Below are positions 1 through 13,859 of a stretch of DNA of 64,000 bases, piece by piece (position 1 is the stretch's first letter; each line of letters opens with the position of its first letter). The notes below the pieces were generated by a model, which saw nothing but the letters and a program-made list of their open reading frames with translations, ran no database searches and was not told the DNA's origin. The position numbers and the translations under genes were made by a program. Source of the DNA: Vicugna vicugna (taxonomy: Eukaryota); NCBI GenBank assembly GCA_013265495.1, contig MU057865.1, positions 558,001 to 622,000 on the forward strand, given 5' to 3'.

Positions 1-269
1 ATTTTACAATCAATAATAGATTTGATCATCAATAGTAGAGTAAAAAGAACAGTTGTGGTCTGGTGTTATTAATGTTACTCTTCTTGGCTGTGACAATCTT
101 GGCAGGTACAGGTCAGAGACATGTCAGAGAGCTTGACTTTGGATAAACTTCTCTTTTTCCCAGTTGCCTAAAAAGGGAAAGGCAGCAATAAATGGTCCTA
201 AAGGAGTTCCATGTCTGGTTGTACCCATGAAATTATAAACTTAGAAACCAGCATAAGTAATATGTGATT

Positions 270-3220
270 TTTTTTCTTATTGAGATATAATTCACATACC
301 ATAAAATTCACCCACTCTAAGTATACAATTCAGTGGTTTTTAATATATTCATAGGTTGTGCAAAACACTGTGTAATTACAGAACATTTCCATCACCCTAA
401 AAAGAAACTCTGTACTCATTAGCAGTCCCTCCCGAGTGCCCCCTCTCCACAGCACTTGATAACCACCAATCTACTTTCTGTCTCTATGGATTTGTCTCTT
501 CTAAACATTTTATATAAATGGAATCATACTTACATGTAATTTTGTGCTGGCTTTTTTTTTTAAACTTAGCATAATGTTTTCAAGGTTCATCCATGGTGTA
601 CCATGTATCAGTACTAAGTCCATACTTATTACCAAATATTATTCCATTATATGGATAGACCACATTTTGTCTATGCATGCAGCAATTAACAGACACTTGT
701 GTTGCTTCCACTCTTCAGTTGTTATGAGTAACGCTACTATGAACATTTATATGCATATTTTTGTGTGAACGTGTGTTTTCAATTCTTCTGGAGTGGAATT
801 TCCCGGTCATATGCTACCTGGATTTACTTTTTGAGTAGCTGACAGACCATTTTCCAAAGCGGCTGCACCATTTTACGTTCCTTCTAGCGATGAATGAGTA
901 TTCCAATTTCTCCGCATCCTCATGAACACCAATCACTGTCCATGTTTTTGGTTGTAGCTACACCCTAGTGAAGAGGAGTCATACTGTGCTTTTGCTATGC
1001 ATTTTCCTGTTGATTAATGATGTGTCGCATCTTTTCATGTGCTTATTTTTGTGCATATCTACTTTGGAGAATGGTCTTCAAATGTGTTGCCAATTTTCAG
1101 TTGGGTTATTTGTCTGTCTTTTTATCATATGAAGAGTTTTAAATGTTCTTTATACATTCTGGGTATTAGACCATTATCACGTGTGATTAGCACGTATTTT
1201 CTGGGATTCTTTGGGTTGTCTTTTCAGTTTTTAATGGTGTCCCTTGAGGCACAAAAGTTTTCCATTTTGATGAATTCCGATTTATCTACATGTTTTGTTG
1301 CTTGTGCTTTTGATGTCATATCATATCTCAAAGACCAAGTTCCCAAAGTTCCAAGTTCACAAAGACTTACTCCTATGCTTTCTTATTAGGGGTTTCATAG
1401 TTTTAGCTCTTACATTTAGATTTACAATCCATTTTCAGTTAATTTTTGTATGTGATGTGAGATGGTGGGTCCAAGTTCATTTTGTTGTTGCTGTAAACAC
1501 TGTTCTTCCCCCTTTGAATTGTCTTGGCACCCTTTTTGAAAATCAATAATCATAAATATGAGTTTATTTCTGACCATAAATGTAAGAATTTAATTCTTTG
1601 CTGTTAATCTCTGTGTTTACCTTTATGCCAGTACAAAACTGTCTTAATTACTTTAACTTTTTGGTAAGTTTTGAAATATCAAAGTGTGAGTCGTCTAACC
1701 TTTTCTTCTTTATCAAAATTGTTTGATCTATCTTGGGCCACTGAATTTCCATATGAACTTAAGGGTTATCTTGCTAATTTCTGCAAAGAAATCAGTTGGA
1801 ATTTGGATGGGGATTGCCTTGAATTTGTAGACCAATTTGGGGAGTATTTTCATCTTAACAATATTGAGTGTTTCAATCCATGAATACAGGATGTCTTTCT
1901 ATTTATTTAAGACTTCTTTAATTTGTTTCAACAATGCTTTGCAGTTTTCAGTGTACAAGTCTTAAGCTTCTTTTGTTATATTTATTATTAAATATTTTAT
2001 TGTTTTGATTCTATTGTAAATGGAATTATTTTCTTAATGAATAGAAGTACAATAGATTTTTGTATGTTGATCTTGTGTCTTGCAACCTGGTTGAACTTTT
2101 AAAATGAATCTAAGAGGTTTTTTTTCTTTTGATGGGTTCAGGAAGATTTTGTATATACCAGGTTATGTCCCCTGCCCCTGCAAATATAGTTTTATTTTTT
2201 TTTTCTAATCTGAATGCCTTTTATTTCTTTTTGTTGTTCAATTTCTCTGGCCAGTAGATACAATGCAACATTAAACCGAGTGGTAAGAGTGGACATCCTT
2301 ATCTTGTTGCTGATCTGAATGGGTAAGCTGTGAGGGCTTCACGATTAAGTATGATGTTGATTATGAGTTTTTCATAGATACATTTTACCAAGTTGAAAAA
2401 GTCTCCTTTTATTACTATTTTGTTGAGTGTATTCACCATGAAAGGGTATTGGATTTTATTAAATCCTTTTTCTACATCGATTGAGATTATTATGTTTTCT
2501 TGTCCTTTATTCTGTTATGTTTTCTTGCCCTTTATTCTGTTAACCTTATGTATTAAACCGATCGGTTTTCATATGATAAACTAATCTTACACTCTTAGGA
2601 AAAGTCTCACTTGGTCATTGTGGATAATGCTTTTTGGACATGTTGTTGGATTTGGCTTGCTAATGTTTTGTTGAGGACTTTTAATGGATGTTTTAACGGA
2701 TGTTTTATGTTTTAATGGATATTGGTTTGTGGTTTTCTTTCCTTGTGATATCTGTGTTTGGTTTAGGTATTGGAGTAATACTGGCCTCAGAATGAATTGG
2801 TATGTTTTTCCTCTTCCTCTGGTTTTGCAGGAGTCATAAAGGGTCGTTGTTAATTCTTTAAGTGTTTGGTGGAATTCACCAGTGATACCACCTGTTCTTG
2901 AGCTTTATTCTCATTGTGGGAAGTTTTTCGATTACTGACTCGATCTCTCTTTCTTTGTTACAAGTCTATTCAGATTTTCTATCTCTTTTTAAGTCAGTTT
3001 TAATAGTTTTTTTCTTTCTAAGAATTCGTTCATTTTATCTAGGTTAGCTAATTTGTTGACATAAAATTGTACATATCATGCCCTTAGTATATTGTTAATA
3101 ATGATATAATCCTTTTTCATAAGTGGCAGTCATGTCTTCTTTTTCACTCTGGAGTTTAGTAATTTTAGTCTTCTCTCCTTTTCTATCAGTCACCCCAAAG
3201 TTTTGCCAGTTTTCTTTGAC
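270..3220 (-). mobile_element. Old LINE-1 fragment (L1MB-like 3' UTR plus decayed ORF2 3' part), antisense
   Basis: Begins with the typical reverse L1M 3' end (tttt..ttattgagatataattcacataccataaaattcaccc..), followed by T-rich antisense ORF2-like text (ttccaaagcggctgcaccattttac; gtggtaagagtggacatccttatcttg). No intact ORF. Confidence 0.9.
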
Positions 3221-3448
3221 TGTGATTATTGTTAAGATCTATCCTGAGCAGGAACTACAGGGACTTTGTTGAATACCCCTTCTAACTGGTAGAGGCTAAG
3301 GTGTTCACACACTGTCTTATAAAAGTAAGTTATTATAATCTTTAGCTGATTATTCTCCTAAAATAGCTCATAACTCATTATGAATGTATTCTCTGGGAGT
3401 GAGGATAAAAACTTTCTGAAATTTCTCTTTCTACATTTTTTGAACTCT

Positions 3449-3545
3449 TATTTTTTATTGAAGTGTAGCTGATTTACAGTGTTAGTTTCAGCTGTACAGC
3501 AAAGCTATTCAGTTCATATACATATACATATATTTGCTTTCAATA
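3449..3545 (-). mobile_element. Short L1 3'-end fragment (camelid/artiodactyl type)
   Basis: ttttttattgaagtgtagctgatttacagtgttagtttcagctgtacagcaaag..; same tail family as the copies at 25437 and 46565. Confidence 0.75.
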
Positions 3546-3649
3546 TGTGTTCCTTCTTGGGTTGTAAAGATTAGGAACTTCTATAAAGTGGACCTTTCAA
3601 ATTTGCCCCCACCAATCTACTTTGTTAAGCTATAAAATATTTTATGTCT

Positions 3650-3990
3650 ATTTACAAAGGTGAACAATGTGATTTTTTTTTCTTGATTATCAATGTTCTT
3701 GATGTCTGAGATTTGCTTGTCTAACGTGGAGTTGACCTGCTCATTGTCTGTAGTAGTCAAGACTTTGGCTGTGTTTCCCTTCCGTCTTTTGTTGTGGATT
3801 GAACAGTCCTTAATCAATCCAGTCTCCCAATCTATTCTCCCATAGAAGATCCTTCATCAGTGCACTTGATTATTTGAAACTTTCCCATTGTTGTCATACC
3901 TTCTTTGGGGTGAAGTGCCAACATTGCATGCTGTATTTCAGATATGAAGGCGCCACAGTTTTGAAATAAAAGGGGATAGCCTTCCTTGTA
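3650..3990 (-). mobile_element. Ancient CR1/L3-type LINE fossil (ORF2 C-terminal region)
   Basis: Manual minus-strand translation gives IPFYFKTVAPSYLKYSMQCWHFTPKKV*, then GLFNPQQK/RRKGNTAKV across a frameshift. These resemble the CR1 ORF2 motifs LPLYSALVRPHLEYCVQFW..KKD and GLFSLEKRRLRGD. Confidence 0.6.
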
Positions 3991-5564
3991 TTGTGGAAAC
4001 AAGATTTCAGGCTATGTGAAAATGATAATTCTGTGAAGGAAGAGGTTAAAAGATGGTGGATTTGAAATCTTTGGAAAGAAAGAAGAAGGGTTTTCTATGT
4101 GATTCCAAGGACAGATGCCTCAAATAAAGATGACAGAACACATCTTTCTCAAAATGGTTCTGTGATAAAAGTACACTTCTTTGGTGGGAACTTTCTCTTG
4201 CTTACCAGTTTCTTTCTGCTGTCTGAGATCAGAATCCATCTTGAATTCTGGATACTTCATCATTCATCTTAGCATTCTTGTTTGCATGACTTCGGCTGCT
4301 CAGTAGCCAAATGGAAGATTAATCACGGAATTAGCATTTTCAAATCATCTACAATCTCCTTTGCAGATGTGCAATTATATTACTGAAGTCTGGTGTTTTG
4401 CCCTACATTTATTGTTAATAATTAATGTACACTTTTTGGGTGAAATTATATGCTATCACCATCTGGTTAATTTAATAGAAATAGTCAAATCTAAAGCACT
4501 TTATTAAATATGTTGGAAATAATCATCATCACTACTATAATGTAGCAAGCATCATGTTTTTTCAATAAAAGATGTCAGAAAATAGAACAATTCACCGTAT
4601 GTCAACTTAGTTACTGTTGCTACAAATTCATTTTTTGAAAAACCTCCTTCCTTGTATTATGTAGTCAGAGTGGGAATGAACAGAATGCAAAGTTCATAGA
4701 TTAAATGGTAGACTATAAGCAGTCTATTGAATTTTCAGTAAAGAGCTTGGGTAATAAAAGTAAACTGTATCAAATAGGTGAAGAGAGATTATTTTCCACC
4801 TCCTCATATTAATCTTCCTATTGAATATCAAATGAAAATTCTAGAGAGTAACAAGAATATTATTATTTGGCATTTTTCTTTTTGGAACTGTCCAAGGAAA
4901 ACAAATGATGTGAGGTAAGTGTTCCTTTCTGAATTTGTAAAGTGCCAATATAATGAAGAAAACATCATTTAGTCATTAGACAGTGTGTCCCTCTTAATAA
5001 GTTTTGCTCTGAAGATTAAAATGTAGATCACCACTGGGTTTTTAATATCATCTTGTTAATGTTTTACTTATATAATAGAAACACTCAGTCTTCATGTCAA
5101 AGGGCACAGATAAATTTACAGGGATTCCCTACCTCATATTGGTATTGCATTTGTCTTGAAGACTGGGATTCTTTCAAATTGCTCTTTTCCATAATTTAAA
5201 TATGTTAAATACTTCCCTCTCTTCCCTTTCCATTTGCTCCCCAGTAAGTGCAGCCAAGGACAAAATTAGGACGTTGCACTATAATCTCGTTTCCTTTTGT
5301 GATATTCCAATTCTTATATATTTCCCAGGTCTTGCCCTAAGTGGTTCCCAACTGATCTTCTCGGAGCTGTGAGTGGATGTAGATAATGGTTTACATTAAA
5401 ATTCTGTCCTGTGGGGTCACACATTGTAACATAGCCAAAAGGAGGCTCTGACTGGTCTTCACTCATGAATGGAGCATGCATTGGTTACATGACCTCTGTG
5501 ATGAGAAATGGACACAAGGCACAGCCCCTGTCTTTGAGAGAAATGAAATAGAGATTATTTTTAT

Positions 5565-5784
5565 TAATAACACTAGTATAGTTTATTGAGCTTTAAGCAT
5601 GTACTAAATGATATTTTAAGCACTCACCATGGTTGACCTCTTTGAAGCCTCATAACAACCCTATGAGGAAGGTACCATTATTAATCCCATTTTACAGATT
5701 GGGAGACTAGAGCTTAGAGAGATTAACTGACTCGACCATAGTCACATAGCATGAGATCTGAATTTAGGCAGACTGACTACAACA
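5565..5784 (-). mobile_element. MIR SINE
   Basis: cctcataacaaccctatgagg..cccattttacagattgggagactagagcttagagagattaac is the reverse MIR core. Confidence 0.85.
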
Positions 5785-5957
5785 CTGTGGTTCTCACCCT
5801 TGCCTGTACATTAGAATCACCTGGAAACTTTGAAAAAGTACCCAATACTTGATTCTCTCCTGAGAATGGAATTAATCTATGGTGGGGCCAGAGAACCACC
5901 AGTGCCTTGTGAAATCTGTTTAGAGATTCTACCACATGGCCATGGTTGAAAACTCAG
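5785..5957. mobile_element. MER5-type hAT-Charlie MITE, apparently inserted into the MIR
   Basis: ctgtggttctca..cattagaatcacctgg..ggttgaaaactcag with MER5-like termini; MIR-like text (ctccagac) resumes afterwards. Confidence 0.7.
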
Positions 5958-6009
5958 GCTCCAGACACTGCAATCTTAGGGGAGATTAACTCAGATTCAG
6001 ATTCAGCCA

Positions 6010-6240
6010 ACAGCAGAGGCATCTACAATGTCCAAGGTATGGGGCTCTGAACTTCACGTGAATGGCTTCTACTCACCGAGCCCTGTGAATGAAGATGGGC
6101 ATCATTATCTCAATAATGAGAAATTCTAAATGTAGAGATTAAGCTGCCTGACCAAGATTTTTCAGCTAATAAGCAGCATGCTCTGGATGTTAATGGAATT
6201 CCTTTAACTTCTAAATCCTGGTCTGTTTAAAGAATACCAT
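6010..6240 (-). mobile_element. Degenerate MIR
   Basis: gccctgtgaa..atgagaaattctaaatgtagagattaagctgcctgaccaag matches a decayed reverse MIR core. Confidence 0.55.
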
Positions 6241-7101
6241 AGTGCATGTAAACAAATAAATATTTACTGTGTAGCTAGTATATGTTAACACTGTGATGGA
6301 AATACATCGAATTATAGTAAATATTATCAGAAAGTGCATCATTAGGTATCAGAAGCACTAATTGTATTGTACTGACCAGGGTGCTGAAGTTTCAGAGGAG
6401 GAACTGATGGTGATCGCATTGATCACCTGTGCTTGATTATAGAATGATTCAGAGAAGGGAAAAGGAAGCATTTACTTACAAAGAGAATCAGACTTCAGAA
6501 GTGCTCACTAAAAAACAAACAAACAAACAAAAAAGCATTCAAATATTTAAAAGATAAAAACAACATGCTAAATTAACCAAGATCCTCACATTTACCTTGG
6601 AATGATGGTGAAGAATTGGCAATTGCCTCATATAATTATCATGTTCACAAAGATCATGACTCATCTTTACACATCAGCATGGTAAAAGCAGGGTTTTTTT
6701 TTTTAGCAAAGAGTCACATTTATGGAAAAATGTTAAGAGTTTATTTTGGTGAGTGAAATTAGATACCTTTCTATTTATTTATTTTTCTGATTATGGTATG
6801 TGAAATACTAAGCCAAACAGAAGACATGGCAACATGTCAGTTTTTGCTTCCATTTTCACTCACTTCATGAGTGAGATATATTTTTTCCTGGACTTTTAAC
6901 ACATAAAGATAAAATTTAAACCTCAATGCCATTCAATTCAAGATTCTCCTTGGCCTGAAAATCTTGCTCAATATTCCTCAAATTACACCACTGATATCTT
7001 GACTAATAATTTGGGTCCCAATTTCCATGGCTCTTTGCAGTGTCACTATAAGGTAGGCATGTTCTTTTCAAGGTCAAATTACATTTATTTGATACAATTA
7101 C

Positions 7102-8450
7102 CATTCATTCATTCATGTATTCAAATATGACAACTTTTATTGCATACCCAACTACATCCCTGGCAGTATTTTAGGTATTGAGGATTAACAGTGGAAAAAA
7201 ATAAATTTCTTGCTTATATAGAACTTACCTTCTAGTAGAGTTGATGAGGAAAGACAGATAATAAATAAATAAATAGACAGTAAATCAGATGATGACAAGT
7301 GCAATGGAGATAAATGTAGCAGAAAAATGAGCATATGAAGAAGCCAGAGTTGGGGAGATAATATTTTGGGGAAGTTAGTGAAGAAAAGGAAGGGAAAAAG
7401 CAATGGACCATTTATGTATCTGGAAGAAGAGTCTTCTTGGCCATGAAAATTGCAAGGGAAAAAGTTTTGAGACAGAAGTGGACTAAGGGCATTTGAAAAA
7501 TAGCAAAAAAGCCAGTACGGCTTGAGCACATCAAAGAAACAGAAGGAGATAGGAGGCGTGCCCAGTAAGGTAATGGAACCTCAATTATGTGGAGTCCTGC
7601 AGGCCATGGCAAGACATGCCTTCTACTTGGGTGAAATAGGAAATAGGAGAATTTGAGACATGGGGGCTTATGGTCAGACTTAAGTCTTTAAAGATTACTT
7701 GAGTTTCTTTAGGTAGAAGTATAGAGACCAATTAAAAAGGCATTGCAATGTTCTTGCTAAGGAATGATGGTAACTTGGACTAAACTGTACTCGGAGGTCG
7801 AAAAAAAATGGTTATACTCTGTCCCTATTTTGAAAGTGGAGCTAATGGGATCAGCTTGGGGATAGAGAAAAGTTGTGAGTTAAATAGAGGAATGGAGCTT
7901 TTAGACCTGAGCACATGGAGAAATAGAACTACCACTTACAAAAATGGAGAAGGCGGCAGGAGGAGCAGATTTGGGGTGAAATCAAGAGTATCACTTTATA
8001 CAAGTAAAGTCTATTGCCTATCAGACATCCAATTAGAGATGCTGAGACGGTCGTTGGTTATAAGATTATGGTGTTGAGTAGAGAGGTCTGGGATGCAAAC
8101 CAACAGCATTTAGACAGTATTTAAGGCCACAGGGCTGGATGCAATGACTCAGAGCATGTGCACACATGAAGAAGGTATCTAAAGTGTAAGTCTTGGAGCA
8201 GCCCAATGTGTAGAGTTTGGGAAAATAGGAGAAGATAGAAAAGGAATCTGAGAAGCAGTAGCCAGTATGCGAAGAGGTAAAATAAAAGAACAGTGACTGA
8301 AAGGCCAAAGGAAGGAAGGACTCCTAGGAAGAGGCAGTAAGTAGTTGTGTCAAATGCTGCTGCCAGGAGGGGCCAAATGAGAACTTAAAGTTTCATCATT
8401 GAATTAGCAACGTAATGGTCATTGGTGACTGACAAGAATCATTTCAGTGG
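7102..8450 (-). mobile_element. LINE-2 fragment (3' end)
   Basis: Starts with (cattc)n reverse L2 tail; purine-rich body with L2 landmarks (cagacatccaattagagatgctgag; gtgtcaaatgctgctg; ttagcaacgtaatggtcattggtgac). Confidence 0.85.
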
Positions 8451-10029
8451 GATATCAGAGGTTTCCAAAGTTGAATTCCCATTTGTAAAAATAAAAATTT
8501 CGCTGTCTTAGACAGCTAAGTGAAGAAGATGACTTCTTCTGGGTCTTTCAACCTTGGATTTTACTGCTGGCTCTTCTGATACGTTGATTGTTTATAAGGG
8601 ATTTGGGTTTTTGTGTTTAGTAAGAGAAATGAACTAACTTACTTGATCGTGGAAAATGGACGACGTCGACAAAAATACGTTGAAAAGTTAAGATGCAATC
8701 AACTTGTTGGTTGATCTGTATTATTCCAAATAACTGAACTGCAATTTACCCTTAATAATCATTCACAATGGCACGACCCAAACTCAAAGTGAAGGCCTGA
8801 GAGACGAGGTTTCTAAATCTAAATGTTTGAAGTTACTCAAAATTTTCTGAACACTTAGATAAGAAAGGGAGAAGCCATGTGGAAGACCATCACTGCAGAG
8901 CTGGGAGTTTGCCCACATGCATGACTAATTCTGGACACTTTGACTGTGGTAATGGAGACAGGCTCCAATGTTAGCCAGGCTTGAGGTACAGGTGAAACTT
9001 TGGTGCTGGGACATGGAGCATCCTTCCTGAGAGATGCTATCATGGTGTCGCTGGGATTCATCTTGGTTTGGAGGAAAGTCTGTGTGATCCAATAGTCTGT
9101 GCTCCTAACCATACAGCGTCTTCCTTTCTGTGTGTGTGTAGGATGATAAGTGTCAAATAATGGTTTCTCTCAAACCATCTGAACTGAGCAAGCAGATCTC
9201 TGAATCAAAGACTGATTTCCCTTTGGTTTGACCCCTGTCTCCCCTCCGCCTTGTCCCCCACACTCAGGATGGCCCTGCACTTTGTTCCTCCATGGAGGCA
9301 GCTGTTCCTGTTCATTTGATTTAAGTTTCCCTTAACCCAGAATTTCCATGTTAGAAGGAGTCATTTAACTTTTCTTGACCTTAGTTTCAGCTTTTTAAAA
9401 TGGAAGTTTGGGTTAGCTGATCCACACGGTCCCTTCAGGTGCTGAAAAATTACACATTTTATGGGCATATGTTAATAAACATGAAATCACGCTATTAGAT
9501 AGGAGTAGTGACTCGAACTGCTTTTTTCCCACAAGGGCAAGAATAGCTCAATGATGGTGCTCAGTCACATTAGAGAAGGAGGAGAAAAGGTTACACAGTA
9601 TCTCATAATCCTGAGATGGGGTGTGTAATTATCCATTTGCAAGAGGCTTCCTTTATGTTCTGTTTCACTGGGAAAGTTACAGCAAAGTGGAAATAAAGTC
9701 CTGCAATTATGGAATCTGCTCACTTGGCTTTTTCTGCTCTTCAAAGTGAATTCGGTGTTAATCGAGAAAAGTTAGTTAGTGTAGCAGGCCCCTAATTTGT
9801 TACCATTGCAATTATTTTTTTTCAGACCCATTAACATTTGTGAATGAATTTAATGCTCAGTAAAACGACAATCTCAGCTGTGGTCTGATCCAGACGTGGC
9901 AGCAGCCTGCTGGGATGAGAACCTTTTAAATTGCTTCCAACATACCTAACTTTCACTTAAAGAGTGTCCTCCTTTAAAGCTTTGGAGATGTGCTTACCTG
10001 AGATTAAATGCTCTGAATGTCACCAAGTG

Positions 10030-11050
10030 ATCATTCAATGTTTATTAAGCACTTTGTGTGTATGTTTTTCTAAGCATTCGGGATAAAGCAGGGCACAAGT
10101 CAGACCTTCTGGTCCTTTGAGAAGGACAGCTATTTAAAAACATTACTATGAAGTGTGGTGCATATTATGATGGAAGAAATAGGATGCTATGGAAACCAGG
10201 TGAGGGAAACTCTTGAGGAAGTGGGATTTAAGCTGAAATCTGAAGGTGGATTGGTGCTAGCTACCTGAAGGATGTGTATCTGTATTGTCCCTACAATAAA
10301 GATTCAAACAGGGAAACAGCATGGGCAAAGGGAATAAAACATGGCATAGGCAGGGATCCAGCAGAACCCACTATGAATGGAATATTAAGATGGGCAGGAC
10401 AAAGGGAAAGAAAATTGGTAGGAAATAAGGCTGGGGATATGAGTAGGGGGAGAGTGGGAAAAAAACAAAAACCTTTGTAACATATTAAGCAGCTTTGTAT
10501 TTAATCCTAAGAGCAATGGTAAGAGGAAAACACAATTAGATGTAAATTAAAGAACAATCATTTAGGTTCTCATGTGCATCCTGGATTGAGGGGAGATGCT
10601 AACGTTAAGGAGACTAGTTAAGACACTGGCACTGTGGTTCAGGGCATAATGACATCTTGGACTAGGTCACTGGCAGTGAATCTTGAGAAAAATAAACATG
10701 TTTTAAAGCTATTTAAGAGGCAACATCACCAGGAATTGATTGAATGGAAGGAGTGTAGAAGAGGGAAGATGCCAGAAAGACTCACAGATTTCTGGCTTGA
10801 ATAACTGGGTAGCTGGGGTTGCTATGGTGTTGCCATTTACTAAGGTGGGAAACTGAGATGTGTCGCTGAGATGAGAAACTCAGGAGGACAACTGGGGACG
10901 AAAGATGCAGGAAGTGGGGGGGGCAGTGATAAATTCAGTTCTGGACTTTGGTTATGGAAGAGAGCAGAAGACATCCAGGTGGAGAAGCCAGCAGGCAGCT
11001 GGGTGGATGAGTCTGGAACGCAGGAGCTGAGACTGGATGAGATTTGATGG
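10030..11050 (-). mobile_element. LINE-2 fragment
   Basis: tcattcaatgtttattaagcac at the start; cagatttctggcttgaataactgggtag..gtgataaattcagttctggac..gacatccaggtggag. Confidence 0.8.
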
Positions 11051-13859
11051 TCTCGTGCAGGTGCTGGCAGTCCACCACACGCTGTGATTGCCCCTCCAAC
11101 ATGGTGCTCACTGTACTTTGGGTTTAGGTGTCTGTGAGTATTTCTCAACCCCTCACTCTAGAGAGGGTTCCTTGAAGGCAGAACTGGCATAACTTGCTTA
11201 TTTTCATATCGCTCCCTGCACAGCATCTTGCATAGTGCCTCATGCAGTCATTGTGCTCAGTGGCTGGCTGGAGCTGTCTTCTACGATCATCTGACTTCCT
11301 TTGCAGTCGAGCTGGTCATGGCCATGCATCTTGGTTCTTCTCCTGCACTGAAGGAGCTCTCTTCTGTCCTTTCCTAGTTTAAACACTGCTTTCTTCTCAG
11401 AGGCTAGTTCTTCACAGTCTAAATGAGAGAGCAAAATGTACAAAAGGGCACTAAACTAGAGGGGGGCGCATGGGACAGTAGCAGGAATGCTGCTTCTGAG
11501 CTGGGCGATCTTGAGCACATCACATTATTCCTCTGAGCCCCCACTTACCCATCTGAGAAAGAAGTGGTATCTACGGTCCCTTACAAGTAAAACTTTAACA
11601 TTTCCCTCTTTTCACCTAATTTGTCTTTTGTTTATTCTCTTGTGTTTTGAACTGTGCCTGTTGGTGCTTATATCCTGAAATGTGTAGTTATTCGTGTATG
11701 TTGTGGATTTTTTCTGCTCATACATCATTCAAAGCTCATTTATTATCTGGTACTCAACACAGCCTGCCTTCCGATGCCATGGTAACCGTAACATGATGTT
11801 CAGTAGAGACTTGTTGAATGCAGTGGGGTAGGAGAAGCATCTGAAACATGCATATGATCATTCTGTCTTTTTGGTTCTAACTTTGCCTCATGCAGCCCCA
11901 AATTAACAGGGTGAAATAGAACAGGAGTTAAATTCTGCTGTTTTTTCCCACACTTGCTTAAGGGAAAATTAAATGAAAATCTCTTGGGGATGTTAAAGGG
12001 AGATTTTTTATTTTTTTACCCTTAAGTAGTGGAGAATTTTTTTCAAACAATAACCTCATCTATAATCTCACAAAATATTTATAAATTAGAGTGGATCTGG
12101 GTTGAAACTGTAGTGGAATATTTCTCTATTGTGCACTCCCTTTCTGGACATTGGGGCAGACATTTCTCTCAGATTTCTGAGAAAATTAGGTGGTCTTTAA
12201 GCTTCTGACTATTTAACCCTATAATTCTAATTACCAGTCAATGGCTTGTTTCTCTTCTCTTGCACTCTGGCTCATGCCAGTTGCTTTGGGGCTTTTAGAG
12301 ATGAAGAAAATGTGAGCCCTGTCATCATTTAGAAAGATGATCTGCCCCACGTGCACGAGTCAAGTAAAGGACCCCATATTATAGCATATTACTGCATATT
12401 TTTCTGTCTATGGAGGAGTTGTAGCAGGCCATCCTCACAGCCACTTCCAGTTTTCACATTCTATGATTCTAAGTGTTAATGATGTGGCCACGTGCGCTAA
12501 GTGCTTTGAGCTCAGGAGTAATGCACTACATAAATTCAAGGACCATTATGTGCATAATCACAGCTGCTAGGCAGGGACAAATTCCCTGTTTGCATGATCT
12601 CCTCAAGAAATCCCAAGGGAAACCCTGTTTGGGACCAAAACCCTGGTACCTTTTTTTCCTAAAGGTTAAAAAAAAAAAAGAAAAAAGAAAGAATAAAAGT
12701 AATGAAATGCTGGCCCCCACTGCTCCCCAAACTTCCTCAACATGTCGTTCATTGCAAACAAATCACTTAGTTGTCATTTAGGAAAATATCCCAAATAACA
12801 TTCCCCCCGATTCACATAAAACTTCCAGTGCTGGGCGGTGCTGGTTGCCAGAAGTGTGTCTGGGTTAATTGCACACCTGCATTTTATTTCAAGTAAATTG
12901 CATGGAGCAAACCCCCCCTTCTGTGCCCCTCACAAAGCAGGAGTCCACCTGTCTGGGGGCTCTTTGGGCAATGAAGGGCTGCAGGAAAAAAAAATTAGTC
13001 ATCCTCTTTTCTTCCCTGTGACTTCTTTGACCTTGAGACTTCTAATGGCATCTCAGACAAAATGAACATAATCTAATGGACAGCGGGGAAGAGGGAACGG
13101 CTGGGTACATCTGTCGTGTTACTGGGCTGTCTGAACAGTCAATGAAGCAGGGCCAAACCATAAGAGGCCTGTTCAGTTTAGCTCCAGGGTCTGCAGAGAA
13201 GGAGCACAATCATTTATCTTTATTTACTGAACTCTGCTTTCTGTTTAAGAAAAAAAAAATTGACAGGTTGACAAAAACCCGTGTTGGCGCTGCCCGCTGC
13301 CCAGAGATAAATGCTATTTGTGCTCCGGAGAGTCAAGGACAGCTCGCGATGCCCTTTAGCTGGTTTCAGTAGGTACCTATTATATGGAAACAAGAAATGC
13401 CAAGGCACCTGGAGGTCCTCTTCCCCACCAGCCCCTCCGCATCTTCCTAGAGGGGGATTCAGGAGATGGAGCTGCAAAGAAAGAAGAAAGAATGGGAACC
13501 GTGATTCCCCCCAAGGAAGCAATCTGAATGGGAAGAATGTGGGCAAGAGAACCAGGGGACACAGATGACTGGGAAATGTTGCCTATCCTGACGATTTCTC
13601 TATGATGTTGTGGTGAGACACCTACCATGGTATCCAGAACAAGTGCATTCTGACTTCTGCCAGTAAAGGGAGACACAAACGGTGCACATCCCAGCTGCAG
13701 AGACAACTTTTACTCTGAGCTGTAGAGTAGGAATTTAAAAACAGGATTTGTAAGTCCTGTCCTTGCTGGATGGTGCTGGTCAGGTCACTGATGCATTCAA
13801 TGTAACATCTCCAACTCGCTATACTTTTCGTAAAATAGCCGTGGCCATAGTGGGGTTGT

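Noticed and set aside
544..2584. Short + strand ORFs
   Set aside because: Antisense readings of decayed L1.
2679..2721. Short direct repeats (ttttaatggatg-like, 3-4 units)
   Set aside because: Slippage repeat within L1; no spacers and not CRISPR-like.
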